A stretch of DNA of 64,000 bases. Source: Zygnema circumcarinatum SAG 698-1b. Lineage: Eukaryota > Plantae > Zygnematophyceae. Shown here piece by piece: positions 24,744-35,989 of this stretch. Within the stretch, counting starts at the first letter, position 1; each line of letters begins with the position of its first letter. Both the position numbers and the translations under genes were made by a program. A model generated the notes under the pieces. It was given only the letters and a program-made list of their open reading frames with translations. It had not been told where the DNA came from and did no database searches. The DNA lies in assembly GCA_037447605.1 (NCBI GenBank), contig CM074810.1:744001-808000 (forward strand). The letters run 5' to 3'.

Positions 24744-25676
24744 CAATTCAATCATAATTCTTTCAGTAACGATGCCGAACGATTTTTTGGCGATGTATGA
24801 TGGCTGTATGTGCTGTGCAAGTGCTGAAGTAGCTTAGGATTCTTTTCAATGGCAAGCACTTTAGGATTGGATTTATTTTTTGCTAGTGTTCAAAAGCTAT
24901 TCAAAAATATTTTGATACTTAGGTTCGTAACCTTTTTTGGTGTGAAGGATGTCCAATAATACTTGTTCAGTAGCAGCATAGGGCTCACTCAATACTTAGC
25001 CATTGAGTAGACTACTTGACAAAGTACCTATGTAAATTGTCAGGTTTACTGTATCGTTCGCTTGCCAAATTCGGGCTGTTTTCAGGAAGACCGGTTCAGC
25101 AGTTTACGGAGTCCTTCTGCTAAGCTTTGTATATTACGATTGTACTTTGGTAATTTAATATCCATTTTTTTAGTGTGAAATTTGTAATTGGACATGCTGT
25201 GTCCATTCAACCAGACTTCGTTTGCACTTTCTTTGCTGTGAACTGTTTGCTCATCACGCTTTACGGTTGTTGCGTACCTGTTATTATGCTGCCTCAGAGC
25301 CAAGCTTTTCTCAGCATTCCGCGAAAATTGCCCTTCTTTTTGCTGCTAAAGCATTGTCCTTCAATTTCTAAAGAATTTTCTTGTCTCGTTCGTTCAGATG
25401 ACAGTGTATAAGCTTTGCCCATGTTGCGTGTGCAACATGGCGGCATTCACGACCTAGCATTAGCAATATGATTGTTCTTTAGGACCTTTGTGTTGAAGAT
25501 GTCAATCAAAAAACATGAAAGGGCTGACAGACCAAGCCGTGTAGCAGTATAGCCTCAGAGGTCCTCATATTATTACAGGCTCAAATTTTGAAGTAAGTGG
25601 GAGTGGCTGCATTGGAAGTGACGGCCATTTTTCGAAGGGACGCAGCGTCTCCCCCCCATGGACAGTGAAACCGCTG

Positions 25677-25790
25677 CAATGGTTGGGACGATTCAACCAT
25701 CGACAATGGTTGCCAACCGCCGATCCAATGGTTGGCGATCGATCACTCCCAAGGGCGGGGCCCCATCGCGCGTTTCGCCGCCGTGTGCCA
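25677..25790. repeat. Dispersed CAATGGTTGG-rich repeat (related copies at about 30721-30890 and 31167-31280)
   Basis: caaccatcg[a/g]caatgg..ccaacc.....tccaatggttggcga...cactcc.aagg aligns between 25.7 kb and 31.2 kb. Confidence 0.7.
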
Positions 25791-25986
25791 CGCGTTTTCA
25801 TCGCCCATCGGGGAACGTTGCTGACACAACATCTACGTGGCATCCACGTTGGTGCCACGTGGACGCCACGAGTTTCAAAAATCTCTCCTCGGATTTAACT
25901 CAAAATTGACGTTAAAATAAGAAAACTTAAATTAAAATTAATATGTAATTATTTAAATTTATTGTTATTCAACAACATAACACAGA

Positions 25987-26058
25987 TCTTCGGTAGTATA
26001 GTGGTAAGTATCCCCGCCTGTCACGCGGGAGACCCGGGTTCAATTCCCGGCCGGAGAG
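25987..26058 (+). tRNA. tRNA-Asp (GUC)
   Basis: 72-nt cloverleaf: acceptor TCTTCGG/CCGGAGA, discriminator G, anticodon arm CCCGC-CT-GTC-AC-GCGGG, A box TAGTATAGTGG, B box GGTTCAATTCC, T5 terminator at 26062-26066. Confidence 0.98.
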
Positions 26059-26175
26059 CTCTTTTTGGTGGGTTTTAGTCACTTTGAGCCTTTTTCCTTT
26101 TTCCATTCCTATGGGACCGCCCCCTGCAGAGGGGTATTTCGCAGAAGGGCTTTTGTGAAGGCAGTCACACTGCAG

Positions 26176-26280
26176 AGCTCTTTTCTTTCGTCCTTAGGTC
26201 CCCTTGTGACTTGTGAGCGGTTAAGAGTGGTTCTCGATGGTTGGCTTTGTCCATGCGCCTTTGATGGCATCGTCACTCGT
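26176..26280. repeat. Dispersed repeat family (copies at about 63496-63615 and, partially, 8435-8495)
   Basis: agctcttttc.tt.gtcc.ttaggtcc..ttgtgac ... tccatg...tt.atggcatcg.cac is shared with 63.5 kb; tcgcca.cgtgagttcaat is shared between 8.47 kb and 63.59 kb. Confidence 0.6.
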
Positions 26281-26994
26281 TTTTTCTTGTCATCTTTTGT
26301 TTCTCTTAAAGAAGAAGAAAAATCGCAGCGCTGTGCAGCACTCAGCAGCTTCTTTCTTGGAGTCTGCCGACAAGACCTTTGCCTCGCTCCTGATTGGACA
26401 ATGGATGCTCGTCTGGTAACGCAAGTACGGTACATTTTGGGGAAATTTTATGTTTTTTGAGAATTTGTTTGGGCAAAATTGTGGCGCCAATACGCGCTCT
26501 AGTGCGCGGTCGTCCTCTTCCTCCATACAAAGGTCGCCAGGATGCAACAACAACACTTAAGCTGCGGAGAACTCACAAGTTACACAAATTCGCTTCTCAT
26601 AGAAAGGCAAAACGAAAAATTCGAAGTTCGGCATTGCATTCCAACGAATGGAGTTGGAACAAGTTGAATTCGCATCTTTCCTGAACCCTCGAATTCTCCA
26701 ATTTCCGTAAAACATGACTACCCGGACTGACAACAAGCCCCAATCCTCTGGGTCATCTCTGACCTCCCCCACATCCCTCACAGATTTCGCAAAGAGGACA
26801 ATACAAGGCACACATAGGACGACACGGGTCCTTCAAAAAAGGAAAAATCTACAAGCTTTTCAGTCAATTCTGCCCCAATTACAAGAGAGGGTGAGCGCAA
26901 TGCCCTCCTGTGATAAGACCATGCAGCGAGCCCTGAAGCACGCTTATTATATCAACCCAAAGCCGGCTTATCTACTTATTATCACTACAACGCT

Positions 26995-28998
26995 TTAGCG
27001 TGATCCACGGAGCGGGCGAGGAGTTGCCGATCGTGACTGTGAAGGTGAGCATGAGGGGGCAGGAGGCAATGCTCGGGAGGATGCATTACTCATCCGGGGG
27101 GGAACAGTGGCCCGCACAACTGGTCGTCTCTTTGGCCGCGTGAAGGGATGCCCACATCTCATTTCAGTGCCACCCAGTGACAAAACAGTAGTCGTAGACT
27201 TTGATTCATGGAAGCCATTGAACTGAGTGGACGCATCAACTTTACAGCTTTGAAATCGAGGTGTTCCTTCTCCCCTTCCCGTGTATCGGAATCGCGACGA
27301 CTTATTGGAATTGCTCTCTTGTTCATAAAGGTCCTCCACCCGCATCCTCCGCATTAGTGCGAATTCCTCCGCAATGTTCAGTTTTGGAGCAGTCGGCTGA
27401 GAGGGCTCCAACTTTCGCCCTCCCATATCTGGCTCAAAAGTAAGAGACCGCCTTAATTCCCCATATCCGTGCTCATATGAACCTCCCGTACTACTTGGGA
27501 GGTCGGCCTCCTCCTTGCTTATTCTCGTCGACGGAAGATCTACCTTCACCTGTTCGTCCTGCCTAACGTTCAGTTCTGAAGATAGGTCAATGCTCTCCCG
27601 CAGTCGGTGCTCACCTCCTAATCGTAGAGGAGGAAGACAACTGTACTCTGCACTCGACTGTAGCCATTTGAAACCTTTACTTGCCTTAGCTTCTTCCTCA
27701 ACTACCCTCCCCTTCCGAACACTCTGCTGATTGGATTTTAGGGTTGAGGTCTGTTGCTCAATCTTGCTTGAGTGCTTCGACCTTACCTTCTGTACCGAAA
27801 TGCCTCCTATCTTCCCTTTCCGGAGTCGCGGCTTATATTCGACCTCTCTAAAATGTTCAACCTCGACCTCAAGTGCTGGAGAAGCCATCACGTCTGCCCC
27901 AAACTCCCCATTTTCATGCAGGTTGGGAGACCTCCATTCTTCCGACGAAGGTAATCCTTCCCCCGCTTCCGCGCCGCCATGTTGTCGTTCACTGTCTTTA
28001 GTGCTGACATCATGCTCCACCTCCTTCGGTGGGAGTCTCCCTCCTCCCCGAGACAACCCCGCCCCTCCTGCCCCTGCTCTCGCCTGCCGCGTAGCGGACC
28101 ATATCGTACGCTCCCCCCTAGACGCTGCCATATCTGAACCCTCAACAGACTTCCCCTCCGCAAACCCTACCATCTTCCTCCTTTCCACGCCGTTTCCCCC
28201 CCTGCTCACTCCTTCCCCGTTCACACCACAACTGCTGCAACTGCTCTGATCCGAGAGCTTCGGAGAATTCCAGACCCCTCTCTCTCCTCTCTCTCCATGG
28301 CACCGCGAGCAGTAGCTCTTACCTCCCCCATTACGTGGCCTCCCGCCGGCCCTACCAGGTGTCCCCAGCGGCCGCTTTGGAGTCGTCCACGGAGAGTACT
28401 GATTGGTGGTGCTGCTGACGGGACTGCTGTCGGGTGACCACGATCCATATAAAGGGATCATCAGCGGAACGCTTTTCGTTTTCCTGAACTGCATGGACTC
28501 CCTCGACTTCCGCATGGTCGCCTCTATGGCACGCTGCCACTTGCTCACTTCTCCGCCGTCACGTTTCCGCCGCCATGGACTCGACGATATCGACTTCACG
28601 GGGCTCGCAGCTTCTCGCTGCCTTCCCCATAGCAGCCCCTTCCCGCCCTTTCTCTTACCATCCTTGCAGCTTTGTCCCTTCACCTCACCCGGACTCCCTC
28701 CCTCCCCTCTCTCCCCCTCTCCTCGCTCACTCAGGCATAGCCCCAAAGGAGAGACTCCCGCAGCTTTCCAGTCTCCCACTATCTCCTTCTCCACGAAGTC
28801 CGAAAGTGAGCGTCTCAGCCCGAACACACTCCCCGCCCCTCCCTCCCCCTCCCCCTTCCCCTGACCCCCTCCCCCTCCCCCTCCCCCTCCTCCTCCCGCA
28901 TGAATCAACATCCATATGGAATCTCTGTCGGCTTTCTTCCGCAGCTCTCCCGTGCTCTGCCGGCTCAACATCGCCTCCTGCCATTCCGACATCACCAT
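26995..28998 (-). CDS. Orphan low-complexity protein E (667 aa from the first ATG)
   Basis: 2-kb intronless open frame; FRKTKSVPLMIPLYGSWSPDSSP, IWSATRQ, RKMVGFAE and DASTQF motifs. Confidence 0.7.
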   Translation of the reverse strand: MVMSEWQEAMLSRQSTGELRKKADRDSIWMLIHAGGGGGGGGGGGQGKGEGEGGAGSVFGLRRSLSDFVEKEIVGDWKAAGVSPLGLCLSERGEGERGEGGSPGEVKGQSCKDGKRKGGKGLLWGRQREAASPVKSISSSPWRRKRDGGEVSKWQRAIEATMRKSRESMQFRKTKSVPLMIPLYGSWSPDSSPVSSTTNQYSPWTTPKRPLGTPGRAGGRPRNGGGKSYCSRCHGERGERGVWNSPKLSDQSSCSSCGVNGEGVSRGGNGVERRKMVGFAEGKSVEGSDMAASRGERTIWSATRQARAGAGGAGLSRGGGRLPPKEVEHDVSTKDSERQHGGAEAGEGLPSSEEWRSPNLHENGEFGADVMASPALEVEVEHFREVEYKPRLRKGKIGGISVQKVRSKHSSKIEQQTSTLKSNQQSVRKGRVVEEEAKASKGFKWLQSSAEYSCLPPLRLGGEHRLRESIDLSSELNVRQDEQVKVDLPSTRISKEEADLPSSTGGSYEHGYGELRRSLTFEPDMGGRKLEPSQPTAPKLNIAEEFALMRRMRVEDLYEQESNSNKSSRFRYTGRGEGTPRFQSCKVDASTQFNGFHESKSTTTVLSLGGTEMRCGHPFTRPKRRPVVRATVPPRMSNASSRALPPAPSCSPSQSRSATPRPLRGSR

Positions 28999-31900
28999 CG
29001 CCCCCTCTTCCAACCTCTCCCTCAACCCTTTCCCTCTCCCCTTCCCCTCACCCTCTCCCTCTCCTTTTCCCACCCACTCACCCCTCGCCCTGTCCCACTC
29101 CTTTCCCTCTCCTCTCCTCTCCCTCCTCTCTTCCTCTCCCACTCCTCTCCCTCTCCCTCTCCCTCTCCCTCCCTCTCGTTCACCCCTCGTTTCTCTCCCT
29201 CCCTCTCCCTCAGGGTGTCGGCGGGCGGGCGGGCGGGCGGGCGGGCGGGCGGGCAGGCCATGTGGGGAGGGGGCGACAAGCCGGCGGCGGCCGGCGAAGC
29301 GGCGGAAGGACCGGACCGCCGCGCGCGGGCTGCCCGAAAAACATTTAGCAGAGCCCTGCGGGCGGCGGGCAGCGGGAAAAGCTTCGCAGAAACGCCAGCG
29401 AAAAAATTTATTGAGGGAGTGGCACCACCGACATTTGGGACCGGCCGCGGAATTTCCGGGATCAACACGACAGCTGGCGCGAGGAAAACTCGCCGTTGAT
29501 TTATGACAGTAGTGGACGAGCGGTTGGGTGGGTAGATCGGGTGGTTCGGGTGGATCGGGTGGATCGGGTGGACCAGTGGCAGACTGGAAGGAATTTTGAT
29601 TTTACGGGCAGGAAAAATATCGTTTTTTCTGCCCCCCCGCGGATGGTCAATGTGCGCGGGCGGTGGACCAGAGGGCCTCGATCGGATCCGGGCGGCAGGT
29701 CCAAAATTTCGTTTTGTCGCCTTCTTAACCGACAAATCTTACCACTGATGGAGGCGGCAAAGGCCGTACAGTATTATCCGCTGAAGTGGATCCGACTGTT
29801 CCACTTGAGAAGACGGATTGGGATCAACTGTGCACTTCAGAAAACAATAAAGTAATATAATTACTCGCTTCGGTATGGATCTGATGGAAGTGGAATCCCA
29901 TTCAAGTGGTTGATCTTCCGATCGGCGGAAGTCAAAGACGACAAATTCCATACGGCCGCATCCCAGCCGTCGGATGTGCCGCCGCCCTCTGCCGATCAAA
30001 TTTTGGCAGCATTCGCAGCAATTGGTAATTACGCCGCAATACGTCAAACTTGGGATTCGCGTGGCGGGTGGCTCCGCCACGTCACAGGAGTCTGTTTGTC
30101 GTCTAGCGACAGCGCACTCGTCCACTTGCCGCTCAGGGGAGGACCGGAAACGGCTTCAAAAAACCCAGCGAGAACGACTGCTCCATGCGGCGGATTGGCC
30201 CCAGTTCCGTATTAGGACTTGCCATTTCCGGTTTTTTGAGGACCAACAATTACGGGAAGTGTCCCCACTGTGTGAACAATAGACGTCATAAGTTTTCAAT
30301 GTTTATATTTGATGACGTCATTGCCATTTTGTCGATCTGATTATCCAGCATAATCTGTCTTGTAGTGAGATCCCCCGCTTCCAGTGGTTTGTCGTTTTGC
30401 CCTGGTCGGTTGGCTGCTCCCAGTCGTGCCGCCAATGCCCGCGTGCGTTCCCGCGGGACTTTTGTCCGGACGCTCTCCTTTGGACGCTTGCGCGGGCCCA
30501 CAGCGGGTACTATGCCGTACAGTATATTTGACGTTTGCTGCATTGGTACGTTTGTCAGGACCTTCGTCAACGGTACTGTTATGTACGGCGTAGTTTGTCG
30601 TACTATAATTGACAAAACTACAGTACAGTACTGTACTGTGGCTGTCCTAGACCGTACGAATGTTCCCCCAGTAAGCTCGGAGGTCGGCAACTAATGGTCA
30701 AATGTTGGGGCCAATCTTGCCAATGGTTGGCTGGCCGGCCAGACAATTGCTCGACCCATTGGTCCATGTACAGCTGATGGCATCGCCATTGTGAGATCAA
30801 TGCCACATCTCTTCACCCATTGACAATCGGCAATCCAATGAAACGAACCATTGCCAATGGTTGGCAAGTGAATCGTTGCAACCATTGGCGATAGCTGGAA
30901 CCACTTCAACAAGAACCAAAATGGCAACTGCCGACAAGGAGGTTCCAAACAATGGTCCGGCCCTTGAGGAGGGGCGAAGGGAGGGGGGTGAGAGTAAACT
31001 TACACGCGTGGTCGTAAGGTTGACACAGACCAAGTACTCCGGTAACATCGCAATCTTGTTGTGGCTCAATACCTTAGGAACTTCCTATTTCATGAAGTCT
31101 GACGCTCCCTAGCAATCTACGCTGTCAAAATTAAGATCAATGAAGACATTTTCAAGTAGGTGTTCCCAATGGTTGGAACAAGTCAATGGTTGTTGTATCG
31201 TTCCAACCATCGGCAATGGCCAACCAGTGGTCCAATGGTTGGCGACCACTCCAAGGCCGCGTCTCCATCGCTCGTTTCCAGGAGATTCGTCCGCGCGCGC
31301 TCTGCCGAACTGGCTGCAACCGCGCGGTGACCGCCGGTCGAGGTCGCGGCTCGCTGCCACTTGGGCCAATAACAATGCTGTCACGTGACAAACGCTGATT
31401 GGCTTAAAGAAAAATCTTTTTTTGCAAATCCAGATGACACCTGCAAGGCTTCGCCCGTCGATTAACCCTAAAATTTGCTGATCGAACGGTCTCGCCTGCT
31501 GCACATTGCGCCGCCAAAGTAACGTTATTGGGCCACGTCATCACACATCTGATCTCCACCTCAAGATCGCAGGAAATCGGATCCTCCCACTGACACCCAA
31601 GATTCTGCCACGGCACCTTCAAGCCCCGATCGTGCTCGCTGAGTTGGCACTATCGGACGGTCGTGAACAGTTCCCGGTCTCGCCAATGTCGTGACAAGAT
31701 CTTGTCCGCTAGCGACTCGTACAGTACATTTTGACCATCTTCCCTCGAGATGCACCGACACGTCTGACCGTACTGAAAGGAGATCTCGCGCTTTGACTTT
31801 CGCAATAACTCAACCTGATGACCAATTATAATCATCCACGTGTCGTACAAGACAGAATAATCTGTCGCTGTCTGCGACGTGACGTTCTGATCACCTGGCC

Positions 31901-33018
31901 AGATTCAGCCTCCCCTACCTGTCGTTATAGCAAACGACGTGGAAGTTGCGGCTGCGGCGGAGGCGCCAACAGCCGCCCACCGCGCGCGCTTTCGGCCCGA
32001 ATGGAAGGTGCCGTACAGATCCAGTCAGCACGCCACGTCAGATAATATGCACGCGTGGCAGTCGCGGAATGGCTCCAGTCGGCGGGTACCGTCCGTCGCT
32101 TTCACCGCCTTTCGAAAAGGCTTTCTTTTTCCACTCAAATTTCACTCTCTCTCACTCACTCCCTTCCTCTCCCGTTCTCATATTTTATCCCTCTCTACCT
32201 CTCTCCCCAATCTCGCTCTCGCTCTCTCTCTCTCTCTCTCCCTCACCCCCTCTCTTCCTTGTACACGTTCTATCCCATCACAGATATGCAACGATTTAGC
32301 ACGCAAGTATTCAGATAGCCGACCCTGCTTGAAACCCTTACAATGTTATGCCGACCCTTCCCATAAGTGACCACCCCCATCCTCAGACCCCATCCAAAAT
32401 ACGTGGCAGCCGCCGACTGCCAAAAGCAGCAACCGCCCAACGCACACTTTGGCTCCTCTGGCGAGTCCCTCCGTATAGCCTTCCGATGCCAAACTGAAAT
32501 CACTTCACGCGAGTTCCTTGTCCGTACTTCGAACTGAATCAGGTCTGTGTACAGTACTTGGAATCACTGTACCTGTATCTGAACTGTGACACTTCAACTC
32601 CTACACTGTGAATCAACGTTACCCTCTCTACCTCCTCCCGCCCGCTCTCCCCTTCACTCCCACCCATACCCCGTCCCCCTCTCTCCTCCCCCCTCCTCCC
32701 TCCTCCCTGCTCCCTCCTCCCTCCCCCGTCCCCCTCCGTCCTCCCCCCTCCACCCCCCCCCCCCTGCCCTTCCCTCCCCCTCCCCTCTTCCTCCCCCTCC
32801 CACTCTCCCTCTCTCCCACTCTCAATCCCTCTCCCTCCCCATCACCTTTCCCTACTCTTCCTCTCCTCTCCCTTCCCTCCCCACTCCCTCTCCCTCTCCC
32901 TCTCGCTCTCCCGCTCCCCTCGCCCCCCCCTGCCCACTCCCTCCCCCTCTCCCTNNNNNNNNNNCCCTCTCCCTCTCCCTCTCCCTCTCCCTCTCCCTCT
33001 CCCTCCCCCTTTCCACCC

Positions 33019-34275
33019 ATGGACACACTTTCGACCGCTGTCAAGGGGTACGAAGCAGGCGCCGACCCCTACGACTTGACCGCCTTCCGACAGCGACTCG
33101 CGTACGAACGGCAACACAGGCAGCGGCAGGAGCAGGGGGCGACCGTTCAACGGAACGGAAAACATGGAACCGCTCCTGAATCCGGGGCTGCCTATGCAGA
33201 AGCGAGTAACCCTAAGCCCTCCAATCTCACAGAACGAGCCGGCCATGGCGAGCAGGGCAACATACTAGGGTTCAGGCGGGCGCGCCCAATCCCTCTCAGC
33301 ATTCCCTTCTCTAGGGAAGCCTCTCCCTTCTCCAGTCCGGACATGGTCGGACCTTCCCCTTTGCCGCAAAACCCTAGGGAGCTCGACAGCAAGGGCACGA
33401 ACCGCCTCCGGAAAGTAACTTTTGCAGAAAATATTTCTGGTTTGGGCCCCCAGAAAAGTTCGAATGAAGTTCAATCGAACTCAGCTTTGAGGCATGTGAT
33501 CCGGAGGTCCACGTGGCGAAGCATGGTGGCTGGCGAGGTTGAAGTTGAACCCTCTCCCCAAGTTCAATACCAAATTCGCCCCACGTGGAAGCAGAGTGTG
33601 GAATCACAGGAGGGGTCCAAGTTTCAACCAATTCCACCAAAGAAAGAGATGAAATTGGACGATTCAATCGTACAGTCGACAGTACGAGATGATGCATGCG
33701 TGAACATGGACTCTCTGCCTATTGCGGAACCGGTTAACATATGGAACATAGTTAATGGGAAAATCGAAAGGTTGAAAGACACTCAAACAGGAAGAGAAAT
33801 TAACATCATTGAGCTTCCGGTAGCGTGGCCAGTCAAAATTGACCAACTTCCTCCTCTCCTTCAGAAGGCTCTCGATGTGACGTCAGCACCCACAGCATGC
33901 AGTGGGGGAAACGACCCTTCTTTGAACATCGAAAGATGCAACGCAGAGGAAGCAAACGTGACCTCTCCAAGCTCTGTTTTACGTCCCAGTGACTCCATTG
34001 ATTCCAACAGAGACAACCACTCTCAAGAATCCTGTGTTTTAGAGAAGAGAAAGCCGCTTTCTCCGAAGTCCGGGGTTCAGCAATGTGCAGGTGCAGGTGG
34101 AAGTCGGCGCAGGCAAGTGGGGTCTCTGTTGAAGGGGAAACCCTTCGTGAAGCCTCTCTTGGATGGGAAGGGGGCGATGGGGGGAGAGCACTCGAATTTG
34201 AGAAGAGTGAGGTCGATTGGATGGGAGGACTTAGTTTGTTTCGGGAGTTCTGTTGGGGCTCGTTTTGGGAATTAG
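33019..34275 (+). CDS. Orphan protein F (418 aa) carrying both family motifs
   Basis: Intronless ORF after a CT-rich leader; YDLTAFRQRLA, FRRARPIPLSIPFSREASPFSSP, RKVTFAE and KDTQT. Confidence 0.72.
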   Translation: MDTLSTAVKGYEAGADPYDLTAFRQRLAYERQHRQRQEQGATVQRNGKHGTAPESGAAYAEASNPKPSNLTERAGHGEQGNILGFRRARPIPLSIPFSREASPFSSPDMVGPSPLPQNPRELDSKGTNRLRKVTFAENISGLGPQKSSNEVQSNSALRHVIRRSTWRSMVAGEVEVEPSPQVQYQIRPTWKQSVESQEGSKFQPIPPKKEMKLDDSIVQSTVRDDACVNMDSLPIAEPVNIWNIVNGKIERLKDTQTGREINIIELPVAWPVKIDQLPPLLQKALDVTSAPTACSGGNDPSLNIERCNAEEANVTSPSSVLRPSDSIDSNRDNHSQESCVLEKRKPLSPKSGVQQCAGAGGSRRRQVGSLLKGKPFVKPLLDGKGAMGGEHSNLRRVRSIGWEDLVCFGSSVGARFGN

Positions 34276-35781
34276 GAAATTTACACAGGGAAGAGGGCTA
34301 CTAGAGAAACCAACTCTGCCGCTTCCTCTTCCTTTCCCAATCCGCCTCTCTCTCCTTTTTAACACTCTGTCTCCTTCTCGCTCTCCTCTCTTTGACACCC
34401 ATCTCCATCTTCCACTCACTTTTCGTCCCCATTTCCCTTTCCCACTTCGCATTTTCCTCCTCTCACTCTCCTCCTCCTTCTCACCGCCTCTATCCTTTCA
34501 CCGCGCCCCTCCCCTTTCCATGCCCACCCTCATTTCGTATTCCCGTTGCCTTTAACCCCTCACCTCACCTCCAACCTACTTTCGAATGTTCCTCTTCTCC
34601 GCTCCTCTCTTTCTGCCTATCTCTCTTTCTCCCCCCTCCCCACTCCCCCCTCCCCACTTCCCCCTCCACTCTTCCCCCTCCCCCCTCCCCCCTCCTCTCC
34701 CTCCCCATCGCCGTCCCCTATCCGTTTCCATCTCTTTTTGTGTTTTATCCTCTCCCCTAATCGATTGTTTGGAAATAGATGTGGTCACTTCTTGAGGGTC
34801 CAATCGATGCTCAGAATGCTGAAGGTTGATAACCAGACACAGGTGCTGAACTTTACCATACCATCATTTCCTTCATCTACCAGTAGTTGCTGGTGAAGTC
34901 ATGTCGGTCTTGACGGCGAATAAGGACACAATGGCCCCAACTGACCCTTAGGGTTCTCTGCAGCTTCAAGCCAATGTTGCTAGCAGACTAGTTCAGTTAA
35001 TAAGGGGCCTTTTTCTGAAGGAAATCATTACCCGCTCGGAGCTTCCTTCTGTCGAACATCATATACTCTGTTACTCCATTTCTGTGGGCTATTGGAGGGT
35101 TTTTTGTGACATTTTCAGGCGGAAGCCCTAGCAGGATTGGTTGTGTTATTATGCTGATTGCAGAAGGTTTCGCAGGGTTTTGCGCTTCTGTAGAGATCGC
35201 ATGCATGGCGAAGTATGGCCTTCCCTCGCGAACGATTTCCTTGTTCATTTTTCACAATGGAACTCAACTGGTTTTGATGTTCCTTCATGGATTCATCTAT
35301 TGTTGCACTGTAACTGTCTAACCACGAAAAGATAAGAGTGAGAGTGAGAGAGAGAGAGAGGGCAAGATTGATTGAGGGAGGGATGGAGGGAGGGAGGGCG
35401 AGTTATATAGAGGAAACAAACGAGAGAGAGCTCGAATGTGCGTGTGCGTGTGTGAGAGATTGAGAGAGGCAAAGGGAGAGAGAGAGAGATATTAGTCAAC
35501 CATGCAAAAACAACGAAAATATTTGTTTATGATTCCTTGGATCTTTGCCCGCAACATCTCATTAACCACTTAGATTGTTAACCCCACAATTTTCAATTTT
35601 TGTAGTTTTTTTTTGAACACGACAAGTTTTTTTTTTTTTTAAAAAGCCAAAATCTTTAACTGCTCAAAGTTCAAACCTACCGGTAGGAAGTGCGGTAGTT
35701 ATCGCAAAAGTCCGAAGTACTACCTGCAAAATGATCCCTAAGGTAATATTTTCATAAGTCGACAGAAGGCCAAAGAAAAAG

Positions 35782-35853
35782 CTCTCCGGCCGGGAATTGA
35801 ACCCGGGTCTCCCGCGTGACAGGCGGGGATACTTACCACTATACTACCGAAGA
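35782..35853 (-). tRNA. tRNA-Asp (GUC), identical to the copy at 25987
   Basis: Exact reverse complement over 72 nt, shared 5' flank CACAGA, T5 terminator at 35780-35776. Confidence 0.98.
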
Positions 35854-35989
35854 TCTGTGATAGTGAGGTTCACATTTTAAATTATAATCTATTCTTTTTA
35901 AGGCTACCTTACTTTTTCGACTTCACGAAGAAGCTTTCCCTCCCTCGCTCCCTCCCTCGCTCGAGGCCGATCGTCGAATTTCTGCCGCC

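Noticed and set aside
29574-29747. CAGTGG...CCACTG-bounded segment resembling the 55-kb MITEs
   Set aside because: Only a 6-bp terminal match, no 8-bp TSD and no internal similarity
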